From Felis catus (Eukaryota), in the NCBI RefSeq assembly GCF_018350175.1, contig NC_058383.1:3720001-3784000 (forward strand): 64,000 nt of DNA. Direction: 5' to 3'. Made by a program: the position numbers and the translations under genes. Numbering within the stretch: the first letter of the stretch is position 1; each line of letters begins with the position of its first letter. Under the pieces are notes generated by a model. The model was not told the origin of the DNA. It saw only the letters and a list, made by a program, of their open reading frames with translations, and made no database searches. This document shows, piece by piece, positions 47,850-58,077 of this stretch.

Positions 47850-47893
47850 CCTGACCCTGACCCTGACCCTGACCCTGACCCCGACCCTGACCC
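47850..47893. repeat. Hexamer array (CCTGAC)7, reading (GGGTCA)n on the minus strand
   Basis: Direct reading; one variant unit CCCGAC. Confidence 0.95.
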
Positions 47894-48592
47894 AGAGACT
47901 CTTACTGGAGGTTGGGATGGGAAGACAATAAAAAATGAAGACGAGAGCCCTGCAATGCCCACCTGGAGAGAATCGTGGAATCTCTCTGAGTCCAGAGGCC
48001 GCCCCCGCTAAATCCCCCTAACTCCGATTTTGCAAGCACACAGCCCCCCCGGGGCAGGTCCCCAGCCAAGACGCAACCCACTAGGCTGCCCTCCAGCCTT
48101 GTTCCCCAGGCTCCCTGGGTCCATGCCATTCTCTCGACAAACACCGGACCTCTGTGTCGTTGGACTCCCCAGATGTTCCTCGTCTGGCGGTACTCCTCCC
48201 CCACACAGAATCCGCCTTGTCCCAACACACAAAGTCAGGGCCAGATCGTGTCAGTCTTCATAACGATGTAGGGCATGTCACACACAGACCATATGCCCAG
48301 TGACTAAGAGGGCAAAGGGCCTTGCAACAGATCCGACCCGCTGTAACCGGTAGCGGTGACGCCAACAGGCATCCCAGCCACCGCTCATCACATGCGCCAG
48401 CTCTTACAGGTGCAGGGAGGTGCAGGTCAAAGGTCACTCTGGGAATAAGTGGATGGGCCGAGGTTGGACCACAGACCACGCTCCCTCTACCCCATTTCCT
48501 TTATCTAAACCAGGAACATGGATCCTCGGTGGGATTGGCGGAAGGTTCTTGCAAATCTTTTGGTTCCCTTGTGCCACTGTCTCCCTCTAGTC

Positions 48593-48805
48593 TTTTTTTT
48601 TTTTTAATGTTTATTTGTTTTTGAGACAGAGAGAGACAGAGCATGAACGGGGGAGGGTCAGAGAGAGGGAGACACAGAATCTGAAACAGGCTCCAGGCTC
48701 TGAGCTGTCAGCACAGAGCCCGACGCGGGGCTCGACCTCACGGATCGCGAGATCGTGACCTGGCTGAAGTCGGACGCTTAACCGACTGCGCCACCCAGGC
48801 GCCCC
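48593..48805 (-). mobile_element. Young felid SINEC
   Basis: Exact 17-bp TSD TGTCTCCCTCTAGTCTT (48578, 48807). Confidence 0.98.
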
Positions 48806-48826
48806 ATGTCTCCCTCTAGTCTTAAG

Positions 48827-48960
48827 GCAGGTTGTGTTTTCCAAAAGGGACCACAGACATCATCTCCCATCCCACCTGCTCTAGCTTGACACCCCTCCCG
48901 TGGAGGGATGGGACCTGTGTCCCCTCCCCTTGAACTTGGGCATTTTGGGAAGACTAGACT
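48827..48960 (+). mobile_element. MaLR LTR 5' fragment (MLT1F/G-like)
   Basis: TGTGTTTTCCAAAAGGGACC...TCTCCCATCCCAC...TCCCCTCCCCTTGAACTTGGGC. Confidence 0.6.
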
Positions 48961-50220
48961 TCACGGACTCATTCGTTATTTTATAGGTATGTATTGAGCA
49001 CCGCCCATGGGCCCAGATCCTCGCTCAGACTGTAAATACTTAAGACTCCACCTTTGCCTTCTAGGAGAGAAATTCCTCTCTCGACAGCTGCTCCCTGGTT
49101 TGCTTTGAAGAAGCCGCCTATGAACACCCAGTGGGGTGCCTCGCAAGGTGCCAGGTGGACCCAGCACTGAATTCATGCCCCGTCCTTGCCCCCTTCCCTG
49201 TGACTCTGTGCTGTGTCGATGCTGCAGCAGGAAGGAATCGTCCCACGTTAGACTCCCCATCGGGTTATAGGAGATCCGATGTCACTCTCGGAACCATACA
49301 CGGAGCCTGGGGCAATCAGAGTGACCAGCCATTCTCCTCCCTTGTTTGTTTGTTTGTTTGTTTGCTTGTATTTAATGCACGCCTGTCCCCTTCCTCTGTA
49401 GCATCGGCTCCCTCTTAAATCATCTCCCAACACAGTAACGCGTCAGGCCGACGGGGAGCTTGGGAAATGCACGGCTTTGATTAATTGCGTTTCTGGTTGA
49501 CAGAGTCGAGCCGAAGCCATGCTGCTCTGACTGTTGCTGTTGTACAGCTTTCTACTCTGCAGACTCCGTTAGTATCCGCTACGAAACACACTTGGATCCC
49601 ACGTTGATGACAAGCCTCTGTGGACACCTGGGAGCCTCCGTTTCCATGTGAGGTAGGACTTCGTTGGCTTCTTTGGGTCGCCACCAAAACCAGATGGGAG
49701 TTTCAGACTAGGGATGTAAGAATGTGAGTGTCGGCTCCAGAATGGACCACAGCCAGGAACCCGAGCACCTGAGGGAACCCAGGCATCCGTTCTGCCTTCT
49801 TGGCATGCCCGGCCAACCGGGGAGAAGATGGTCTTTGCCAAAGGCACTCAGGGTTTCTCTACCTGGGGTCGAGAGAGTTGTGCCCAATTCCAGCCAACCT
49901 GGAGTCTCTTAGCACCAGGAAAGTCTCTGCCTGGATCAGCTGTGGTGAAGCCGCCTCCAGAGCAAGGGACTTTGTCAACAGCAGACGCCGAACAAACATG
50001 GCGGTTCCCACTGCGACCATCAGACGGCTGTTGGAGGGGCGGGCTGAGTGAGAAGGGGCAGTTTCCACGGAAGCCTGAGTAGATAAGATCAGACATCCAC
50101 ACGTTTCAAGGTCTATGGTGGACGTACAGCCCCAGACCTGGAAACGCAATTTTAACTAAAGCCCCAATGTCAAGGGTTTTCTTATCACCATTTTCTATGT
50201 AATTGGCGATCATAGCTGGC

Positions 50221-50290
50221 TGTCTTCATCTGGGTCCTCCCAGAGGCAGGGCTGAGATGTAGATTTGAGTACAAGCGGTTTATCCAGAGC
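50221..50290. mobile_element. LTR33-like ERVL LTR fragment
   Basis: TGTCTT...GGGTCCTCCCAGAGGCAGGGCTGAGATGTAGATTTGAGTACAAGCGGTTTAT. Confidence 0.5.
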
Positions 50291-50536
50291 GTGTGTGGTG
50301 TGGTGTGTAAGATCACTTTGGCACGTTCAGAGTTTTGTCTGGAGACGGAACGCAACCACTGACAAGGAAATCACATATTTTATGCAAATAGGAGAGACAA
50401 CTCGGTGTGTGTCAGCATGCCCAAAGCCCAAATAATCTATTTTCAAGTTTTAGGGCAGTAAATCATTGGCTGTTACCTTCTTTGAAAAATACAAAACTTG
50501 TAGATTACAGGCAGTACTGGAATTCATTTTCCACGA

Positions 50537-50569
50537 TGTGTGTGTGTGTGTGTGTGTATGTGTGTGTGC
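50537..50569. repeat. (TG)n microsatellite
   Basis: Direct reading. Confidence 0.95.
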
Positions 50570-50623
50570 ACTTTGTTTTTACCTAAAGCTTAGTTTCAGC
50601 CGCTCTTGGTGCCCAGGGTGAAT

Positions 50624-50639
50624 CAGCGCCCCCTAGTGG
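50624..50639 (-). promoter_or_regulatory. CTCF-binding core motif
   Basis: Minus strand CCACTAGGGGGCGCTG matches CCASYAGRKGGCRS at all positions; lies in non-repeat sequence. Confidence 0.7.
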
Positions 50640-50759
50640 TGAGTATGTTGCTGCGTGCTTGCATGTTCATGGCTACCCTGCAGGCACCCCAAGGAAGGAG
50701 TCCCTCTCGTGGGTCACTTCCGCTCCTCTCCTCCTGCCCTTTCTTCTCCCGACACCTGA

Positions 50760-51150
50760 TGTATCAGACTCGGGCTACCTGCTGTAACCAACCCCAGATG
50801 TGCTGGGGCTTAAAGCAGCAAGAATGCCCTTCTCATCCCTGGACCAGACCCGGGCAGGGCCGTTCCTGATGGGCTGGGGGCTGTCCTCCACCCAGACGTT
50901 CCAGGATCCAGCCTCCCCGGGAGCTTAGCTGCCGTGGACGGGTCTGGATCTCAACAGGCACACCTCCCCGGCCGTCCGCATGGGACACGGTGGGAGAGGG
51001 GACCCAGGGCCACAGGTCTGCTGTGCCTCTGAGCACACTGTGTCACTCTGGCGACAGACAGGCAGACAAAGTCCTCCAACGGTGCTTTTCCTTCCTAGAG
51101 ACAGCCTCCGTCCCGTGGAAATATGAGGCAAGGAGTGATAACAGCCCCCC
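50760..51150 (-). mobile_element. MaLR LTR (MLT1J-like)
   Basis: CTGCTGTAACCAACCCCAGATGTGCTGGGGCTTAAAGCAGCAAGAATG. Confidence 0.5.
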
Positions 51151-51189
51151 ACCACAGTATCAGAGGGTCTCCACAGCCTGATTTGGGCT

Positions 51190-51550
51190 TCCCCCTCCTC
51201 TACAAGCGCCTCATGCTCCAGCCACCCCAGGTGATCCCTTATGCTCAAAACCTCCCTGCTCCTTCCAGCCACAGGGCCTTTGCTCGTGCCATTCCTCCAC
51301 CTTAAATGCCTTTCCCTTCTTTGTCTAATTGGGAAAATCTTATGCATCCTTTAAGATGCTAATGTCACCACATTTCCAGAAGATCCCCTGACACCCACCT
51401 CCCCAGCAGCTTCCCGCCTCGGTGGCCTCCTAAGTCACTCGTGTGGGTATCCATTTCTGCCTGCACTTTGGGCCCCGAGGGCTGGGTCCATACAGAAGGC
51501 GAGGCATGTATCCAGTAAATTATTTTTTAATGAGGAAGTACGTGAATGAA
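51190..51550 (+). mobile_element. L2 fragment
   Basis: CAGGGCCTTTGCTCGTGCCATTCCTCCACCTTAAATGCCTTTCCC. Confidence 0.7.
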
Positions 51551-52749
51551 CACATCCCACCCGTTTTGACTTCTGCCCGCTAAGGAAGGACCCCACACAC
51601 GTCTCGGCCCCCTGCCCATCTTCCGCACCCGTCCCTACAAAGGCGAAGACCCCGCTCCGTGAGTCGTGGAATTGACAGGATTCCGGCATCGCCTCTTGAA
51701 TTTCTCGGAGGGAAATTTCTCCTTCCCTGGATGGCTCCTCCTACACCATGCAAAACAATCACCTCTTCGTGGCCTCAAAGAAGCTTTGCTCCAATCTCGC
51801 TGGCAGATGTCTCCAAAGGAAGGCTCCAGTGCCGAGCCACAGCGTCAGAGAGCTCCGGCGCTCCCTCGATTGCCGGCACAGAACCTGGCGAGCCCTGCAC
51901 TGTCAGAGGGAAGGGAGGGGAGCCCTGGGCTCCGGGCCCGACTCCAGAAGAGGACGCGGCACCCACCCATCTGCCTCCTCCTCCGGCCCGCTCCCCCACC
52001 CACCGCAATCCTAACGCTCTGCCTTTGCCCAACATCGCATGATTCTTCCAAACACTTGCGCGCCCGCATCTCATGGGAGCCTCCCCCCACCCCTGCAAGG
52101 GCACAACGCGGGCCCGGTTGCCCCCACGCTGTCCCTCGCAGCCAGGGCACGACCCATCTTACTGGAGCCGGGAGGGGCTGCCCGTGTGCCGCGGCTGGAA
52201 TCAAAGTTGAGCTGAGGTCCCCGAGCAGGACCACCGCTTGGAAAAAGCCACGCACGGATCAAGGCTGCTGACAGATGTCAGTTTGAAAAAGGCCTCTCCG
52301 GGAGAGGGGGCAGCCCGCGGCCTGCCGGTGAAGAATGTAAATTGGCTCATCTTTCTAAAGAGCAGCGTGCTCTGATGCCTGCCGGATTTGGAAACTCAGA
52401 CTGCACGTCGGGTGGAGAAAAATCAGTGAGTCAGGACCCGGGCTCCCGATTCCGGTTGTGGCACAGACGGGACGTGTGACCTTGTGCAAAGCGTCAGGTC
52501 ACTCTGGGAGGCCCTGCAAGAGAAAGATAAGGTAGGACATCAGTGGTTTTCAGCCTGTGGGCGCTCAGAGTTCGTGACATCGAAAATCAAAAGGACTCAC
52601 ATCTCCCAGAGAGCAGCAAAACCAGACCAACACATCTGTGATTATTACAAAGTTCTGTCTTCCCGCCTAGATTCCACCTGGTGCCACAAGTTAAGAGGTT
52701 CTGCTTCTAAATCAGACACTCTCTGAGCAGAAGAGAAAAGGCGTCTGAA

Positions 52750-52942
52750 GCTGGAGCCCCGCAATCAGGAAGGTCTGGGTTCAAACCCGCCCTCCCGCCA
52801 CCCCTGAGTGTGATCTGGGCCTCGGGCTTCGGTTTGTCTACAAAACAGGGCTTATCAGAGGACACACAGTAGGGCAGACAGCATCGTCGTGAAGGCTACC
52901 TGACGTGACGCAGTTCCTGGAACATAGTGAGTGCCCAATAAT
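52750..52942 (+). mobile_element. MIR
   Basis: CTGGGTTCAAACCC...GTGTGATCTGGG...CCTGGAACATAGTGAGTGCCCAATAA. Confidence 0.65.
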
Positions 52943-53137
52943 GGGGCGCCCGGGTGGCTCAGCCGGTTCAGCATCTGACTTCGGCTCAGGTCACGATCTC
53001 ACAGCTCATGAGTTCGAGCACCACGTCAGGCTCTATGCTGACGGCTCAGAGCCTGGAGCCTGCTTCGGATTCTGTGTCTCCCTCTCTCTCCCCCTCCCCC
53101 ACACTATCTCTCTCTTTCTCTCTCTCTCCCTCAAAAT
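52943..53137 (+). mobile_element. SINEC lacking an A-tail
   Basis: Full head and body; ends at CTCAAAAT. Confidence 0.93.
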
Positions 53138-53435
53138 CCCTGGGACACCGGATTCCCTCCGAGCAAGTTCTAGATGCAGCCGCCTCACCCTCACCTGCTC
53201 ACCCAGCCCTCCCGCCACATTCCCCCACCTCCCCCCTTCCCGGGCCACCAGCTGGTGAAGCACCAACCCCTTGGGGCAGGGGTTGGGGCCGGCAAACTCC
53301 AGCCCTTCGACCCTATGATTCCACCGAAACCTTGTCCGATGGGATTTTCACTAGAGCACAAAGAATATAGGGGTTACTTGATCTTACGATCTAAGGATCA
53401 GCTTGGGGTGGGGTTTTTTTCATCAGTGTCAAGAC

Positions 53436-53808
53436 CAGTGGTCACAAATTTATAGGCCTCCAGCAGCAGTGAAGACTGCTGATACATAAGGGAAGACACT
53501 TGGGGAAGGCATCTGACGCTGCATTAGTATAGTTTCATGTCGCTATAGCCATTGACTAAGGCTTGAGGGACAATCGGGCCTGGCGGAGACGAAGGCTAAC
53601 TGGAGACACATGGAGAGCAGCCTCTGTGTTATAATTTGGGAGTGAGGGCCCAGTTTCTCTACTTTCTCTGATTTCTCAGATTTTTCCAGATCATTAGACA
53701 CAATCTGCCAAATTTTAAAATATTAGCTCCATTTTTTTTCCCCCCTCTGCGGGTCGAATAAAAACAGCAGACCAGGTTCAGTCCCCAGGCCATCATTCTG
53801 TGAGCTTT
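53436..53808. mobile_element. MER102-like hAT element
   Basis: GGGCCCAGTTT...CAGATTTTTCCAGA...TTTTAAAATATTAGC...CTGCGGGTCGAATAAAAACA. Confidence 0.5.
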
Positions 53809-54139
53809 CATTGGGCCGCCTCTGCCCAGTCCTGACCGTCACCTCCAGTGTGTGTGAACAAGAGTGAAGAGTGGCAGGGTCACCATGTGTGGTTGTCCAG
53901 GGTGTGCACTGCCCAAGGCTACCACACCTAAGAGGCTGCCATTTCCATCGCCGGCATCCAGGCTCCGTACTATGAATTTCAGCAGTCTTCCAGCAGAGGG
54001 CAGTCACATGCCATGCTCTGACAAAACCAGCTTCCATCACATTTTCATCCGGCGGAAGGGTCTTAAGGCAGGAGGGTCCTTTTGCGATTCCCACAAAGAT
54101 GTTATAAAAACCAGCCGCAGTCGTAAGGGTGGAGAATAT

Positions 54140-54822
54140 CAACGTGTGTCATTCCCTGCATTATGACCGGGTGGCAAGCAAAACGGAAGTTCCAAATACC
54201 AAGTGCTGGCGAGGTGGTGCAGGCCCCAGAACGGCTGCACTTTTCCGAGTGTGTAAATCAGTGCACTTTGCAAACAGGCTGCACCTCATCAAGCTGCACA
54301 TGCAAATACCGGACAGCCAGGCATTCCCCTGGGTGTGCGCCCAAGAGTATGCACACATACGCGCACCCAGAAGCACGTTCTAGAACACTCACAGGCACAC
54401 CGTTTCCAACGGCCCCAATGGGAGCGAGCTCTGATGCCCGTCAGCGATGGGAAGGATCCAGAAGTTGCGGCACAGTAGACGACGATGGAACAGGAGCAAG
54501 CCACCGTTGCAAACCGTCATAGAGACGAACCTCCCAAAGGTGGGGCTGCGTGAACGCATCCGGCCGCGAAAGAGCACACCCCGCGTGATGTCACTCGTAT
54601 AGAATGTCCGTGGCGGGCAGAGCGAGCCTCTGGGGTCGGACGTCGGGATGGCACCTTCCCTGGGAGGGAGGGGAGCGAAAGGGCGCCCGGGGGATCTCCC
54701 GATGTCCTGAGGGGCTCCTGGGAGGGGGTCACACGGATGAGTTCACGTTGGGAAAATCCACCCGTCTGTACACACTCACGCGTTTGCACTTTTCCATCAG
54801 CATGCTGAGTTTCGATCAACGG
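54140..54822 (+). mobile_element. L1ME-like 3' end, strongly GC-shifted
   Basis: AATACCAAGTGCTGGCGAGG; GAGTGTGTAAATCAGTGCACTTTG; GGATGAGTTCACGTTGGGAAAATCCAC. Confidence 0.7.
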
Positions 54823-56286
54823 TGTCACCGTAGATGGTCCCACGCGTCGCCGGGCAGGGAAAGGCTTCGGAGGAGACGGGGAGGGAAAACCGCCGGGCCG
54901 CCGTCCCAGCCTCTGGGAGTAACGTTCTTTCCCGGGCTGCCGGGAATCGCAGACGGTGTGTGGTTGCAGAAGGAGGCCAGCTTCCTTGGATCGGCTGTGT
55001 CAACAGGCTGACCTCCCGGATTGGTGAGCAGGAATCCTTGCCTCTGGCTGCGGCTCACATTGTTTCTGGCATTTGCCATTGGCAAGTATCACTGGCCTCT
55101 TGTTTTCTGGAAGCAACGAAAATGTTACAAGGTATCGGCACCTCACTGAACAACTTATCACACGGCTGGAGCCCGATGAGATTGATTGGTGTGAGTCCAG
55201 CAAGACGGGCGGCCCCCAGTGTGCTCTGGGAGCTCCCCTGAAGCCTTGTGATTCTTTCCAGCCTCCTTGGTCTTTGGGGTGCTTTGCTTCACACGGCGTG
55301 CACCTGCAGTTACTTCGCGTGCACACGCGGATGCTGAGAGCTGCCCGGGGCTTCTGTCCCCAGGTGAACCCTTGGTCACTGACACGCAGGTACTTGGATA
55401 TGAAGGCCCAGCTCCTCCGCCCGAGCCTGGACAAACCCTCGGGGAGACTTCGCCGAAGAAAACCCCGACCCCCCTTGGCTTCTTGGTCTCCTCCCCCCCC
55501 CCCCCTTGCAGACCACCCTGGGACCGTGACCTCAGCGGACGGCTTGCACACCAATCTCCGTCTCCAGGTTTGCTCCCGGGCAGCCTGACCGAGACGGGAG
55601 GGGAAAACGGATTCTAGCGACGTGGAGATTGCGCAACCTGAGACTCCTTGGCGGGGACTCCCGCCTCCCGCCACCCCTACACACATGCCTGCGTCTCAGG
55701 TTTCTGCAAAGGCCAGCAACAAGCTTGGAAGCGGCCGTCATCATTTCCAGGACTCGCTATTACTCAAGTCGTGATGGGTTCGTTGGGAACACAGACAGGC
55801 TCCCACGGGCCAGGCACCGGGCCTCCCTCTGGCGTCCGGGCTTGAAACTCAGAATGTGCTTTCCCGTAAAAATAACAGCAGGGGCTAACGCGGGGGAGAG
55901 CAAAGCCTGTTCCCCAAAGAGCCTTCTTAACCCGTGTGTTGCCGGGCTCCAGTGATTCACGTGCTGATCTGAAGAAAATAAATAAAGGGCTGATCTGAGT
56001 TCTGCCCGTCTTCCTCCAGTTCGAGAGGGAGAAGAGCTCGTTCCCGTCCTAGGACGAGGCTTCTCTGCAGTTCAGCGGGTAGGAGCTCACGCCCTGTCGT
56101 CCGAGTTTCTCCGGGATCTACCATGTACCAGCTGTTCCTCTTCAGGCAAGCCGCCGGCCCCTTCTGCCCTCCAAATGTCCCCATCCGTCAACGACACAAG
56201 AACGCCACCCTCTCAGGATTATAGCGAGTGCTGTTCAAACACAGCATTAAGTGGGGAGTTGGAATATGAAAAGGCGTCCCACATTA

Positions 56287-56508
56287 TTTTTTTTTATGTT
56301 TATTTATATTTTGAGAGAGAGTGAGAGAAAGAGAGAGCAAGCATGAGCGGGGAAGGGGCAGAGAGAGAGGGAGACACAGAATCCGAAACAGGCTCCGGGC
56401 TCTGAGCTGTCAGCACGGAGCCCGAAGCGGGGCTCGAACCCACGGACCACGAGACCATGACCTGAGCCGAAGTCGGACGCTTAACCCACTGAGCCACCCA
56501 GGCACCCC
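56287..56508 (-). mobile_element. SINEC (first of three tandem copies)
   Basis: Antisense full body. Confidence 0.95.
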
Positions 56509-56515
56509 TAAAATA

Positions 56516-56737
56516 TTTTTTTAATATTTATTTATTTTGAGAGCGAGAGAGAGAGACCATAAGTGGGGAGGGGCACAGAGAGAGAGAGAGAGAGAGAGCA
56601 GGAGACAGAATCCGAAGCAGGTTCCAGAGTCTGAGCGGTCAGCATAGAGCCCGACGCAGGGCTTGAACTCAGAAACCATGAGATCATGATCTGAGCCGAA
56701 GTCGGACACTCAACCGACTGAGCCACCCAGGCATCCC
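56516..56737 (-). mobile_element. SINEC (second of three tandem copies)
   Basis: Antisense full body. Confidence 0.95.
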
Positions 56738-56744
56738 TAAAATG

Positions 56745-56972
56745 TTTTTTTAATATTTATTTATTTTGAGAGCGAGGGAGAGAGAGGGAGCATAAGTGGG
56801 GAGGGGCAGAGAGAGAGAGAGAGAGAGGGGGGGGGGGGGGGGAGACAGAATCCGAAGCAGGCTCCAGGTTCCAAGCTGTCAGCACACAGCCCAACGCGGG
56901 GCTCGAAGTCACAGGCGATCATGACCTGAGCCGAAGTCGGATGCTTACCCGACGGAGCCCCCTAGGTGCCCC
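56745..56972 (-). mobile_element. SINEC (third of three tandem copies)
   Basis: Antisense full body. Confidence 0.95.
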
Positions 56973-57089
56973 AGGAGTTGTTGCACATTATTACCCATCG
57001 AAGAAATGCAAAGAAAAACGGCAACTCCATAAGAGGCTGGGCAAAAGCAAAGTCTCCTCCTTTACACGGGAGCACCCCATGGTACGCCT

Positions 57090-57405
57090 ACCTCGGAAAT
57101 ACATCTGCCAGCACCTGCTAGAGCTACGTACGTGCCCCATGACGTCCCCCAAGACAAACAAGAGCCCGGACGCACCCGAAGACGCGTTCCAGAATGTCCC
57201 CTGCGGCCTTATCTGTGGCAGGCAAAAGCCGGACACCACCCGGATGTCCCCCGACAGTGAGTGGGTGGTCGCTTGTGGTCTGTTCTGGTGATGGAACCTG
57301 GTACAGCAGTGAGAAGAAACAAGTCCCGTCTCTGGCAACATAGTATCTGGGAGTCTGGGAGACGCTATGCTGAGCACGGGAGCCCAGTTATGTTCTAAAA
57401 CGGGG
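57090..57405 (+). mobile_element. L1ME-like fragment, GC-shifted
   Basis: GCAAAAGCCGGACACCACCCGGATGTCCCCCGACAG; TACAGCAGTGAGAA. Confidence 0.55.
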
Positions 57406-57411
57406 CAAAAC

Positions 57412-57480
57412 TGTCTCAGTCTGTTCCGGCTGCTGCAACAAAGTTCCACAGCCTGGGTGGCTTATAAACAACAGAACCCT
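57412..57480 (-). mobile_element. MLT1A-like LTR terminal fragment
   Basis: TGTCTCAGTCTGTTCCGGCTGCTGCAACAAAGTTCCACAGCCTGGGTGGCTTATAAACAACAGAA. Confidence 0.75.
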
Positions 57481-57482
57481 CA

Positions 57483-57672
57483 GGGCGCCTGGGGGGCTCA
57501 GTCGGTTAAGCGTCCGACTTCGGCTCAGGTCACGATCTCGCGGTCTGTGAGTTCAAGCCCCGCGTCGGGCTCTGTGCTGATAGCTGGGAGCCTGGAGCCT
57601 GCTTCGGATTCTGTGCCTCGCTCTCTCTCTACGCCTCCCCTATCCGTGCTCTGTCTCTCTCTCTCTCTCAAA
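57483..57672 (+). mobile_element. SINEC lacking an A-tail
   Basis: Head and body; ends CTCTCAAA. Confidence 0.93.
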
Positions 57673-57689
57673 GGTACCACTCCTCCACA

Positions 57690-58031
57690 GAAGGAAGGAA
57701 GTACTGCCACAGGCCAGAACGTGGCTGAACTGGAAGGTGGAAGTGAAGGAAGCCACACACGAGAGGACGAGACACGAGAGGACACGTATGGTCTAACTCC
57801 GTTTAGATGAGATACTAGGGATGGGAAATCCATAGGGACAGAAAGCCGCGTAGTGATTTTCAGGGGCTGGGGGAGGGGGGAGGGGGATTGGTTACAGGGT
57901 TTCAGTTTGTGGGGGGAAAGTTCTGGACCTAGATCATGGTGATGGTTGCGCAATTTGCAGATTCCTTAGTGCCCCTGAATCCTACACTTTAAAATGGTTA
58001 AAATGATAGATTTCATGTTACGTGTATTTTT

Positions 58032-58033
<2 letters not shown>
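57690..58033 (+). mobile_element. L1MB-like 3' end
   Basis: AAATCCATAGGGACAGAAAG; GGTGATGGTTGCGCAA; ACACTTTAAAATGGTTAAAATG. Confidence 0.8.

Positions 58034-58073
<40 letters not shown>
58034..58073. repeat. (CA)n microsatellite
   Basis: Direct reading. Confidence 0.97.

Positions 58074-58077
<4 letters not shown>

Noticed and set aside
47793..48011. ORFs with PDPDPD / GSGSGS repeats
   Set aside because: Translation of the hexamer array; no coding context.
50375..50389. Possible Sox-Oct composite element
   Set aside because: The upstream half (ATATTTT) does not match the Sox core CATTGT/CTTTGT.
55000..55686. 228-aa minus-strand ORF
   Set aside because: Non-ATG start, GC-rich low-complexity composition, no domain recognised.
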